Assembly (NCBI RefSeq): GCF_016908635.1
Contig: NZ_JAFBEG010000002.1
Location: 83,725 to 115,724, forward strand
DNA: 32,000 nucleotides
From: Sporohalobacter salinus
GTDB taxonomy: Bacteria > Bacillota > Halanaerobiia > Halobacteroidales > Acetohalobiaceae
Direction of reading: 5' to 3'
The notes beneath the pieces were generated by a model. That model was given only the letters and a program-made list of their open reading frames with translations. It was not told where the DNA came from and did not search any database. The position numbers were made by a program, and so were the translations under genes. This document shows positions 18,067 to 26,781 of this stretch, piece by piece (the first letter of the stretch is position 1; every line of letters starts with the position of its first letter).

Positions 18067-18585
18067 ATGTTGCAAGAAAAAAAATTAATTAAAATATTAG
18101 CATTGACATTAGTTTTAAGTGTAGGAGTGGGAGCAGTATTCTTTTTATCACCGCAGGTAAAGGCTAAGTCTGAAGTTGAGAAGGCAGTTGCTTATGTTGA
18201 TTTTGATAAAATATTGAAAAATCATCCTAAGCGAGATGAAATAGATACTCAGTTCAAACAATATTTTCAAAGCTTAAAAAAGCAGTTGAGTTCTGAATTA
18301 CAATCGAAGGTAAAAGATGTTAGTGGTAAAGAACGTCAGAAGTTATTGCATGATTATAATCAGAAGTTAAAGAACCAGATTGAACAGAAGAAAGCAGAAT
18401 TACTACAGCCGCTTAAGGAAGATATCAATACTACTATTAAAGAAGTAGCAGACCAGCAGGGAGTTGCCGTAGTACTCCATAAAGAGACGGTAATTTATGG
18501 AGGTAATGATTTGACAGATAAGGTCTTATCTGCAATTAAGAAAAAAGAAGAAAAAGATACTAAATCTAAGACTGAAAGTAATTAA
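18067..18585 (+). CDS. OmpH/Skp-family periplasmic chaperone (paralog 1)
   Basis: ATG at 18067 with AAGGGG upstream preferred over track TTG at 18046. Signal or anchor plus AVAYVDFDKILKNHPKRDEIDTQFKQYF... and VAVVLHKETVIYGGNDLTDKVLSAIKK, typical OmpH ends. Confidence 0.85.
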   Translation: MLQEKKLIKILALTLVLSVGVGAVFFLSPQVKAKSEVEKAVAYVDFDKILKNHPKRDEIDTQFKQYFQSLKKQLSSELQSKVKDVSGKERQKLLHDYNQKLKNQIEQKKAELLQPLKEDINTTIKEVADQQGVAVVLHKETVIYGGNDLTDKVLSAIKKKEEKDTKSKTESN

Positions 18586-18617
18586 GCAGCCGTGAGAAGC
18601 TTATTAGGAAGTGAGGG

Positions 18618-19796
18618 ATGAAGATGCGGCGCAAGTTTTGGTGGAAATTAGGAAGTCTGTTAATTATAGTTTTATTTCTGCTTCAGTTGGTTGGCTGTAA
18701 TAACAATTTAGCTACTAATGATTCTAAACAGAATAAAAATGTATCTAACAAAGATTCTCATCAAAGTAGTAAAGCTGTAGCTAATAAGATAGGAATAGTA
18801 GATCTAGAAAAATTAAAGGCAGTTCATCCTGAAGCAAAAAGATTAGAAGAATTAAACAAACAGATTAGGGATAACCAAGTTAACTTAGATGAGCAGCAGG
18901 GCGTTCTAAATCTTACTGCTCAAAATAGAGAAGAACATTTACAGAGTATTAATGAGCAGATAAATAAACGTCTTCAGGATATTAAATCAAAATATCAAAC
19001 TAAGATAGATGAACATGTGAAAGATACAAAGGAGAAATTAAATTCTTATAAAGAAAGTCTCAAGCAGCAGACGAAACAGAAGTTTAAAGAGAAAAAGGCA
19101 GAAATTAGACAAGAAATGGAAAATCAAATAAATGAAAAGAAAGAAGAGCATAGTAAGAAAATACAAAATTATCAGCAAAAGTTAAATAAGAAGTATAATA
19201 GGAAAATTTTAAATTTGAGATTAAAACTTCAAATGTTAAATTTGTCTGCTAAAGAACGCAAAAAGTATCAAAATCGTTTAGCAGAAGTGGAAACAGAACG
19301 TAAAGAAAAATTAAATAGTAAGAAAAAGGAATTTCAGAAAAAATTACAGGAATATGCTTCAAAGCAGCAGAAACAAGCAGAAGAAAGATTGCATTCTTAT
19401 CAACAAAAATTAACTAAGAAGATGCAGCAGAAAATAAATGCTAAAAAAGAAGAAGCTAATAAGGAATTACAGAATTATGTTAAAGAACAGAATCAGTTTT
19501 TACAACAGGAAATAAAAACAAAGAGAAAAAATCTAACTACTAAATTGCGGGATACAATTGTAGAAGCAGAGAAGAACCTGGATGATAACATTACAGAAAG
19601 AAATAGAGAATTAACAGATAATTTAAAGAAACTTAAAGCAGATAGAAAGAAATTAAAAAAGAAGATTAGAGAAGATATTAAGGAAAAGATATCTGAGGTA
19701 GCTCAAACTAAAGAGCTGCAGGTAGTATTGACTACTTCTAGTAAGAATCTATCTGCAATTAATATTACAGAGGATGTAGTTACTAAATTGAAGTAA
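18618..19796 (+). CDS. OmpH/Skp-like lipoprotein with greatly extended coiled coil (paralog 2)
   Basis: Lipobox FLLQLVGC; KIGIVDLEKLKAVHPEAKRLEELNKQI; about 300 aa charged coiled coil; C-terminal LQVVLTTSSKNLSAINITEDVVTKLK matches the OmpH end. Confidence 0.75.
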   Translation: MKMRRKFWWKLGSLLIIVLFLLQLVGCNNNLATNDSKQNKNVSNKDSHQSSKAVANKIGIVDLEKLKAVHPEAKRLEELNKQIRDNQVNLDEQQGVLNLTAQNREEHLQSINEQINKRLQDIKSKYQTKIDEHVKDTKEKLNSYKESLKQQTKQKFKEKKAEIRQEMENQINEKKEEHSKKIQNYQQKLNKKYNRKILNLRLKLQMLNLSAKERKKYQNRLAEVETERKEKLNSKKKEFQKKLQEYASKQQKQAEERLHSYQQKLTKKMQQKINAKKEEANKELQNYVKEQNQFLQQEIKTKRKNLTTKLRDTIVEAEKNLDDNITERNRELTDNLKKLKADRKKLKKKIREDIKEKISEVAQTKELQVVLTTSSKNLSAINITEDVVTKLK

Positions 19797-19827
19797 TGAG
19801 TTTACAATTTAGGAGGGGAATTTTTAG

Positions 19828-20244
19828 ATGAATAAAAGATTAAAATTATTATTAATCGGGTTGGCTGTTTTAATATTATTTACCGGTTGTACCCAGCAAA
19901 GCAAAGTAGCCGTTGTTGATATGCAGAAGATAGTAGAAAATAGTGATCGTATTCAAGATTATCAGCAGCAATTAGATAAAAAATTAAAAGAGCTACAGAC
20001 TGAATATAAAACTAAATTAAATAATATAGATGATGAAGAGAAATTAAAAGTAAAAAGAGAAGAAGCCTACCAGAAAAGCCAAAAGATTAAGTCAGATATT
20101 GAATCCAAAGTTAAAGCAGATATACAGAAGGTTATTAGTGAAATAGCTAAGGAGCAAGAAATAGATGTAGTATTAAATAAAAATGATGTTAAATATGGAG
20201 GAGTAGATATTACTGACCAGGTTATTAAGGCTTTAAAGAAATAG
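19828..20244 (+). CDS. OmpH/Skp-like lipoprotein (paralog 3)
   Basis: Lipobox LILFTGC; KVAVVDMQKIVENSDRIQDYQQQLDKKLKELQTEY...IDVVLNKNDVKYGGVDITDQVIKALKK. Confidence 0.85.
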   Translation: MNKRLKLLLIGLAVLILFTGCTQQSKVAVVDMQKIVENSDRIQDYQQQLDKKLKELQTEYKTKLNNIDDEEKLKVKREEAYQKSQKIKSDIESKVKADIQKVISEIAKEQEIDVVLNKNDVKYGGVDITDQVIKALKK

Positions 20245-20284
20245 CTTAGAATTGAGTTTGTGTTAAAGGGAGGCTTATAAGAAG

Positions 20285-21316
20285 TTGACAGTATCGTTAA
20301 AAGAACTGGCAAACTTAGTAAATGGAGAAGTAATAGGAAATGATGAAGTTATAATTTCTGGTGTAGGTGGGGTTGAGAATGTAACAGAAGGAGAAATTAC
20401 ATTTGTTCAGAATGATAAATATTTAAAAAAAGCAGAATCTAGTTCAGCAGCGGCAATTATTGTTAATGATAGGATCGAATCAAATAAAGCTTTATTAAAA
20501 GTAGATAATCCTAGATTAGCTTTTGCGAAGATTGCTCATGAATTCACACCTCAGTTATATAAGACTAATGAAATTCATCCTACAGCAGTGATAGCCAATG
20601 ATGTAGAATTTGGTAGTGATGTTTCAATAGGATCACAAGTTACAATTGAATCCGGGGTTTCAATTGGAGATAATGTGAGAATAGCCCCCGGGGCTTATAT
20701 AGGTGCTCAAGCTCAAATTGGCAACGAGACCATTATCCATCCTAATGCAGTAATTATGCATGAGACTGAAATAGGTAACAGAGTAATTATTCAAGCAGGT
20801 TCTGTAATTGGAAGTGATGGTTATGGATTTGAAACTACTCCTAATGGTCATTATAAAGTACCGCAGTTTGGTAATGTAATAATTGAGGATGATGTAGAAT
20901 TAGGAGCGAATGTGACTGTAGATCGTGGTGCTACTGGTTCAACAATTATTGGCAAGGGTACTAAGACTGATAACTTAGTGCATATTGCCCATAATGTAGA
21001 GATAGGTGAGGGCTGTCTTTTAATTGCTCAGGTGGGTATTGCTGGTAGTGCTAAGATTGGAGAGGGGGTGACATTAGCCGGGAAAGCTGGAGTAGTTGGT
21101 CACTTAGAAATAGGTGCTAATACTACTGTAGCAGCTCAAAGTGTTATTACTAAGGATGTACCACCAGATTCTTTCTATTCTGGCTATCCAGCTCAAGACC
21201 ATAAGTCAGAAATGAGAATTAAGGCAGCAAGACGTAGATTACCAAAGATGGTAAAAGAACTGCGGGCATTAAAACAGGAAATAAGTGAGTTAAAAGGAAA
21301 ATTAGAGGAGGAATAG
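20285..21316 (+). CDS. lpxD: UDP-3-O-(3-hydroxyacyl)glucosamine N-acyltransferase
   Basis: TTG start after GGGAGG; hexapeptide-repeat acyltransferase, VIGSDGYGFETTPNGHYKVPQFGNVIIEDDVELGANVTVDRGATGSTIIGKGTKTDNLVHIAHNVEIGEGCLLIAQVGIAGS. Confidence 0.97.
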   Translation: MTVSLKELANLVNGEVIGNDEVIISGVGGVENVTEGEITFVQNDKYLKKAESSSAAAIIVNDRIESNKALLKVDNPRLAFAKIAHEFTPQLYKTNEIHPTAVIANDVEFGSDVSIGSQVTIESGVSIGDNVRIAPGAYIGAQAQIGNETIIHPNAVIMHETEIGNRVIIQAGSVIGSDGYGFETTPNGHYKVPQFGNVIIEDDVELGANVTVDRGATGSTIIGKGTKTDNLVHIAHNVEIGEGCLLIAQVGIAGSAKIGEGVTLAGKAGVVGHLEIGANTTVAAQSVITKDVPPDSFYSGYPAQDHKSEMRIKAARRRLPKMVKELRALKQEISELKGKLEEE

Positions 21317-21321
21317 ATTAC

Positions 21322-21981
21322 ATGGTAGTTAGGAAAGAATTAAATATAATAATAATCACACTAATCGTTGGAGCAATGTTAATTACCACAGGTAATGCTT
21401 TTGCTGTTACTGCTTTTGAAGGTGGATTTAGCGGTTTGATTAAAACCCCTACTGCTAATGTCTTACCTTATAATAAAGCAGCAGTGGGATATCAACATAC
21501 TGACAGTGCCAATTTAGCTTCATTTAATTATGGAGTTTATGATAGTTTTGAATTAGGTTTAACAAATTATTGGTATGATGAAGACGAAGTTGAAGATGAT
21601 GATCTGTTTTTAAATGCTAAGCTACAATTGATGCAAGAAAATAATAATCAGCCAGCTGCAGCTATGGGGGTAGTAAATGAGGATTTTTATGGAGTAGTTA
21701 GTCAAAATTTAGATTACGGTTTAAGGGGACATATTGGACTTGGAGATGGAGATTTTGATGGCTTATTTGCAGGAATAAGTAAAACTCTTAATCCAGTAAC
21801 TATTTCTAGCGAAGGAAAGAATCAAACTCAGATACCGGTGACTACTTTAATGATGGAATATATTGATGAAGAATTTAATGCAGGGGCTAGATTAAAGTTA
21901 ACTCCACAGCTTAACTTTAATTTAGCATTAGAAGATCTATCTGATCTATCTGCTGGAATTAATTTTGAAACTCAGTTTTAA
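21322..21981 (+). CDS. YjbH-like predicted outer-membrane beta-barrel protein
   Basis: Signal peptide, GGFSGLIKTPTANVLPYNKAAVGYQHTD (YjbH-type motif), alternating beta pattern, C-terminal Phe (INFETQF). Confidence 0.6.
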   Translation: MVVRKELNIIIITLIVGAMLITTGNAFAVTAFEGGFSGLIKTPTANVLPYNKAAVGYQHTDSANLASFNYGVYDSFELGLTNYWYDEDEVEDDDLFLNAKLQLMQENNNQPAAAMGVVNEDFYGVVSQNLDYGLRGHIGLGDGDFDGLFAGISKTLNPVTISSEGKNQTQIPVTTLMMEYIDEEFNAGARLKLTPQLNFNLALEDLSDLSAGINFETQF

Positions 21982-21998
21982 ATAAGAGTATAGTTTTG

Positions 21999-22030
21999 AT
22001 TAACCTCCCAAAATTAACTGGGAGGTTAAT
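21999..22030 (+). terminator. Strong hairpin, possible weak terminator or processing site before the permease gene
   Basis: Perfect 12-bp inverted repeat ATTAACCTCCCA / TGGGAGGTTAAT with 8-nt loop; only a short T-rich stretch follows. Confidence 0.5.
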
Positions 22031-22069
22031 TTATGTCTAAGCTATCCATTAATTACCTTCTTTGCTCTA

Positions 22070-22098
22070 TTTACGCCTCTTATCTTAGATGGTATAAT
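22070..22098 (+). promoter_or_regulatory. Candidate extended -10 promoter for the permease/ATPase/lpx segment
   Basis: TTTACG (22070-22075), 17-nt spacer, TGG-TATAAT (TATAAT at 22093-22098). Predicted start around 22105 is immediately before the ribosome-binding site and GTG 22113. Confidence 0.45.
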
Positions 22099-22112
22099 TA
22101 CAAGGGATAGGA

Positions 22113-24584
22113 GTGAAAACAGTGGATATTTTAAGACATAAATTCCGAAACGACTTATTAATTTGGCTGATTATTGTTGTTTTGGTTGGTAGTGGTTTAT
22201 CTGGAGGAATAGGTTATTTAGCTGATAATTACTTTGGGGATACTATGAATAATTTATTGGGAGATTACGGCAAGTATGACTTTTTACTAACAGTTAATCA
22301 GGAGATGACTGATTCTGCTGTTAGTGAAATAGAAGAGATTATTGAGCAGAAATTTCCTGGTTCAAAGTTAAAAAAAGGAATTACTGTAGCAGGAACAGTT
22401 AATTATTTTTTACAATTAGATGAAGAATTGCGTACTAAAGCTGTTTTTTCTAAGGTAGATGACCAATTTGAAGAGATAATTGGGGTTGATAATGTATCTC
22501 TGATGGCAGAACCTAAAATTTCTTTACAGGGAATGATTGGTGATACTAAAGATTTCTTTAATAAAAAGATAAGTAAGTTGCCTGAGGTTGATTTTATATT
22601 ATCTACTGGTTCAGGATTAGATATTATTTTAAAACAGTCTGCTGATTTGCAGGTAGTTACTGAAAAAATTGAAAATATTCTGGATAATTATAAGTTATTA
22701 CAGATTAGATTTCCAATTGCTCAATCACCACAGAAGATTACTGATTTGAATGTAGATTTGCGTCAAGAATTAAAAAAAGAATTTTCTTCACAACAGATTC
22801 AGAGTCTTAGTTCTGGTCAGCGAGAAAATTTAGATGACTTAATTAAGACAATGACTCAAATGAAGAAATTTCTTGTGGAATATGCTACTGTTGTTGAAGT
22901 CAAATTGCCTTCAAATTTAAAGGTTAGTTCAACTGAAACTTTTGCTTTAGCTAGTAAAGAAGATGGCTCACTATCTGTTGGAGATAAGATTACAGAAGAT
23001 ACAGTTCTTTTAACACCGCTGCAGAAAGAAGATGGATTATTGGAGTTAATTATTAGTCGAGGCGATGGTACTGAAATTGCAGGTCAAAATCTCTGCTTAG
23101 TTAGTCAAGAAGGGATAGTGAAGCGAAAACTGCAGGTGGCTAAGATACAGAAGCCGCGTTATTTGCTTAAGAAGGCTGTAGGAGAAACGAAAGAGTTAGT
23201 ACCTAAATTGACTTCGATTGTAAACAGTGCTGAAGAGGTTAATAAGAATTTTTCAAGCTGGTTAACAAAATATCAACAGGGAATAAGTCAAATTCAGCAA
23301 TTAAAAGAAAAGTTAATCAATCAGCAGAGCAAATTGACAAGTTTATCTTCAAATGGAAACATACAGGAGTTAGCAACAACAATAAATAATATTTCTACTA
23401 TTACTACTAACTTAGAAGAAACCATGACTCAGATGTACCAATTAAGAGAAAAATTAATTGATATTAATTCTAATTTTAAGAGTTTTGAGCGTAATATAGA
23501 AAAACAGATAGCTGCTTTATCTTTAGTAGGTGCTAAGAATGAAAGATTAAATAATCTGCGGGATTCAATTAATGCTTTACAGCAAAAGACAGATGGAAAA
23601 ATGAATACAATAATTAGCAGAATTAATTCCTACAATCCACTTTTAAATAAGTTACAAAAGTGGAATAATAACTTAGAAGCAATGCAAGATTTATTAAGTA
23701 CTACTTCTGATTTAGATTTAAATTCACCAAAAGTAAAAAGAACTTTTGGACAAGTAGTAGGAAATTTAGATGAGGTAATGACTAGTCTGGACAATATTAA
23801 TTATCCAGAATTAAAAGAAGAATTAGTAACATTAAAATCTGGTGTTGAAGATTTAAATCAGTTAAACTTTAAATTAATTATTAAAGAGTTAAATCATATG
23901 CAAAATGTCTTACCCAATCTTAAAGATGAAGAGATTACAGGAACAATTCAATTGCTGGATAAACATTTAGCTGGACAGGTTGTTCCAGGGAAAGTGCTTT
24001 ATTTTCTGGTCAACCAAAATATTAAGAAAGGTTCATTAGAGGCTAAAATTAATAATTATTTTGCAAATAAGAATCAGGATATTGAGTTGTTATTTACAAC
24101 GCCTGGTCTGTTGCAGCCTAATGTTAGGGGAGAGTTTTTTAGAATTTTAGGAGAAGTAAGAGCGGTTTTAACAGCAGTTATTGCCTTAGTTTTCACGGCT
24201 TTTGTATTATTTATGGATCAGTCTTTAGTTATGGTAACTATTCAACGAAGGAATAAACAGAAGAGTAATAGACTATTTAAAGCTTTAAATTCCAGTTATT
24301 TATACGGTTTTATACTAGGAGGATTATTGTTGAGCAGTATCTTTTACATTTCACAAGCGAAACTGCCATTTTTAAATCTTAAGTATATATTTATTATAGG
24401 TGGTGGTTTAGGTATACTAGCGGCTAATAAAGCAAGTTCTATTAATCCTCTTAATGAAGCTGAATTTTTGGCTGGAGAGGCACTAGGCTTAAACTATACT
24501 GAAATTATGCATGAGATTGTCATTCCTAAAGGAAGACCAGGGTTATTAACAATATTAAATAAAAGGAAGATGGTTTTTGAGTAA
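22113..24584 (+). CDS. Large ABC-type permease-like membrane protein with about 640-aa extracytoplasmic coiled-coil domain
   Basis: N-terminal TM (DLLIWLIIVVLVGSGLSGGIGYLA), long coiled-coil-rich domain, three C-terminal TMs, then EAEFLAGEALGLNYTEIMHEIVIPKGRPGLLTIL resembling an importer EAA coupling helix. Followed 33 bp later by an ABC ATPase gene. Confidence 0.6.
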   Translation: MKTVDILRHKFRNDLLIWLIIVVLVGSGLSGGIGYLADNYFGDTMNNLLGDYGKYDFLLTVNQEMTDSAVSEIEEIIEQKFPGSKLKKGITVAGTVNYFLQLDEELRTKAVFSKVDDQFEEIIGVDNVSLMAEPKISLQGMIGDTKDFFNKKISKLPEVDFILSTGSGLDIILKQSADLQVVTEKIENILDNYKLLQIRFPIAQSPQKITDLNVDLRQELKKEFSSQQIQSLSSGQRENLDDLIKTMTQMKKFLVEYATVVEVKLPSNLKVSSTETFALASKEDGSLSVGDKITEDTVLLTPLQKEDGLLELIISRGDGTEIAGQNLCLVSQEGIVKRKLQVAKIQKPRYLLKKAVGETKELVPKLTSIVNSAEEVNKNFSSWLTKYQQGISQIQQLKEKLINQQSKLTSLSSNGNIQELATTINNISTITTNLEETMTQMYQLREKLIDINSNFKSFERNIEKQIAALSLVGAKNERLNNLRDSINALQQKTDGKMNTIISRINSYNPLLNKLQKWNNNLEAMQDLLSTTSDLDLNSPKVKRTFGQVVGNLDEVMTSLDNINYPELKEELVTLKSGVEDLNQLNFKLIIKELNHMQNVLPNLKDEEITGTIQLLDKHLAGQVVPGKVLYFLVNQNIKKGSLEAKINNYFANKNQDIELLFTTPGLLQPNVRGEFFRILGEVRAVLTAVIALVFTAFVLFMDQSLVMVTIQRRNKQKSNRLFKALNSSYLYGFILGGLLLSSIFYISQAKLPFLNLKYIFIIGGGLGILAANKASSINPLNEAEFLAGEALGLNYTEIMHEIVIPKGRPGLLTILNKRKMVFE

Positions 24585-24617
24585 AAATTTAGTTTTAATA
24601 TTTAGAGATGATGTGAT

Positions 24618-25355
24618 ATGTTAATGTTAGAAGTAAACGAATTATATAAGGCTTATGATGAAGTGGAGATTCTTAAGGGAGTTAATTTTAGTATTGAACA
24701 AGGGGAAACAGTTATTATTATGGGACCTAGTGGTTGTGGTAAATCGACTACTATTCGCTGTATAAATCGTTTGACAGAACCAGACAGCGGTCAAATAATT
24801 TATAAGGGTTGTGATGTATTACAGTTAAGCAAATCCGAGCTTTTAGAAGTAAGGCAAGATATTGGTTTTGTTTTTCAAAATTTTCATTTGATAGATCGAT
24901 TAACAGTCTTTGATAATATCATGTTAGGTTTGTTCAAACAACAAGGACTATCGTTAGCTGAAAAAAAAGAGTTTGTTAGAGAGAGTCTAAAGCAAGTTCA
25001 ACTTAGTGAATTTAGTAATAGATATCCGCAAGATTTAAGTGGAGGTCAAAAGCAACGGGTAGCAATGGCTAGAGCTTTAGCTTTAAAGCCTGATTTGATG
25101 CTTTTAGATGAACCAACTGCTTCTTTAGATCCAATTTTAGTTAGAGAAGTTTTAGAGGTGTTGGAATCAATAACTACTAATCAGAATAGAACATTATTGA
25201 TTGTAACGCATGAAATAGATTTTGCTTATCGAGTAGCTGATAGAATTCTTTTGATGGATAATGGAAAGATAGTAGAAGAAGGGGCTCCAAAGAAGATTTT
25301 TGAGAATCCAAATTCAAAACTAGGTAAGAAATATAATAATTTGTTTAGAAGGTAA
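24618..25355 (+). CDS. ABC transporter ATP-binding protein, polar-amino-acid (GlnQ/HisP) type sequence
   Basis: Walker A GPSGCGKST, Q-loop, signature LSGGQKQRVAMARAL, Walker B LMLLDEPTASLDP, H-loop IVTHE. Confidence 0.93.
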   Translation: MLMLEVNELYKAYDEVEILKGVNFSIEQGETVIIMGPSGCGKSTTIRCINRLTEPDSGQIIYKGCDVLQLSKSELLEVRQDIGFVFQNFHLIDRLTVFDNIMLGLFKQQGLSLAEKKEFVRESLKQVQLSEFSNRYPQDLSGGQKQRVAMARALALKPDLMLLDEPTASLDPILVREVLEVLESITTNQNRTLLIVTHEIDFAYRVADRILLMDNGKIVEEGAPKKIFENPNSKLGKKYNNLFRR

Positions 25356-25433
25356 TAAATTTTATAGAAAAAGTTGAAGGATATAGACAGTTTTTTATGG
25401 AAATAGTTAAAAGTCGGGAGGAAGGAGGTAATT

Positions 25434-26276
25434 ATGCGCACAGGTTCTGAGCAGCAGACAATTCAACAAGAATTTACTTATACAGGAATTGGTTTGCATA
25501 CAGGAAGTCAGGAAATAAATATGACTTGTAAGCCTTTAGCTGTTAATAGTGGTATTAGACTTAAAAGAGTTGATCTTCAATCTGAGCCGGAGATAGAAGC
25601 TACAGTCGATAATATAGTATCTACTAAACGGTCTACTTCTCTAGGAACTGAAGAGTGGCAGATAAGTACTGTTGAACACTTATTGGCTGCCTTAAATGTA
25701 TTAGGAATTGATAATCTTTTAATTGAACTTGATGCTGGTGAAGTGCCGGTAACTGATGGTAGCTCTAAGGTTTTTACAGAACTATTACAGAACGCCGGTA
25801 TAAAAAAGCAGAATGAAAAACGTGAAATTTATACTATTGAAGAAGCAGTTTGGGTTAGAGAAGAAGATACCTATTTAGTAGTTTTGCCTTATCCAGAGTT
25901 TAAGATTACTTATACTTTTGTTTCTAATCATCCGGCAGTAGGGAATCAATTTGGAGAGTTTACTATAGATAAGGATACTTTTGTTCATAAGATAGCTCCT
26001 AGTCGGACCTTTGGTTTTGCTAGTGAACTAGAAGCTTTGCAAAAGGAGGGGTTAGCTTTAGGAGGAAGTTTAGAGAATGCAGTTTTAATTGGGGAAAATG
26101 AAATTATTAATAATTTAAGGTTTAAGGATGAGATAGTGCGACATAAGATTTTAGATATAATTGGTGATATGGCTTTAATTAAGCCTTTTAAAGGACATAT
26201 TGTTGCGGTTCGTTCTGGACATGCTTTAAATAGAAAATTAGCTAGAAAAATTAAGCGGCAGGTGATGCCTTATTAA
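25434..26276 (+). CDS. lpxC: UDP-3-O-acyl-N-acetylglucosamine deacetylase
   Basis: QQEFTYTGIGLHTG, ISTVEHLLAALNVLGIDNLLIELDAGEVPVTDGSS, RTFGFASELEAL, RHKILDIIGDMALI. Confidence 0.97.
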   Translation: MRTGSEQQTIQQEFTYTGIGLHTGSQEINMTCKPLAVNSGIRLKRVDLQSEPEIEATVDNIVSTKRSTSLGTEEWQISTVEHLLAALNVLGIDNLLIELDAGEVPVTDGSSKVFTELLQNAGIKKQNEKREIYTIEEAVWVREEDTYLVVLPYPEFKITYTFVSNHPAVGNQFGEFTIDKDTFVHKIAPSRTFGFASELEALQKEGLALGGSLENAVLIGENEIINNLRFKDEIVRHKILDIIGDMALIKPFKGHIVAVRSGHALNRKLARKIKRQVMPY

Positions 26277-26300
26277 AAGTATATAGAAGGAGGATTAGGA

Positions 26301-26732
26301 ATGTTAGATATAAATGAGATTAAGGATATTTTACCACATCGTTATCCTTTTTTATTAATCGATAGGATTTTAGAATTTGAAGAAAAGGAAAGAGTTGTAG
26401 GTTTGAAGAATGTAACAGTCAACGAAGAGTTTTTCAATGGTCATTATCCTGGCCATCCAGTGATGCCTGGAGTATTAATTGTTGAGTCTATGGCTCAAGT
26501 AGGTGGTTTTGTTATGATGGATAGTAGTGACGAGGATAGGGAACAGCTTTCCTATTTTGCAGGGATTGACAAGGCTAGATTTAGAAAACCGGTTGTACCT
26601 GGTGACCAATTGAAGATTGAAGCTGAAGTTTTAAAATTAAGGGGAAGAATTGGGAAAATATCAGCTACAGCATCAGTCGATGGAGATGTTGCAGCTGAAG
26701 CTGAACTAATGTTTGCTATGCAAGATAAGTAA
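26301..26732 (+). CDS. fabZ: 3-hydroxyacyl-ACP dehydratase FabZ
   Basis: [63 protein letters not shown]. Confidence 0.97.
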   Translation: MLDINEIKDILPHRYPFLLIDRILEFEEKERVVGLKNVTVNEEFFNGHYPGHPVMPGVLIVESMAQVGGFVMMDSSDEDREQLSYFAGIDKARFRKPVVPGDQLKIEAEVLKLRGRIGKISATASVDGDVAAEAELMFAMQDK

Positions 26733-26781
26733 TGAAAGTTATTTTTATTAGTGAGGAGTAATGATGGGAGGATAATAAATA

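Noticed and set aside
18618-19796. Repeated K/E/Q-rich segments considered as tandem DNA repeats
   Set aside because: The nucleotide sequence is not a clean direct repeat; periodicity is at the protein coiled-coil level.
22033-22110. 25-codon ORF MSKLSINYLLCSIYASYLRWYNYKG* preceded by GGGAGG in the 21999-22030 hairpin
   Set aside because: The ribosome-binding-like sequence is explained by the palindrome and the peptide has no recognisable features. It overlaps the candidate promoter, so transcripts from that promoter would not include it. Kept only as a note.
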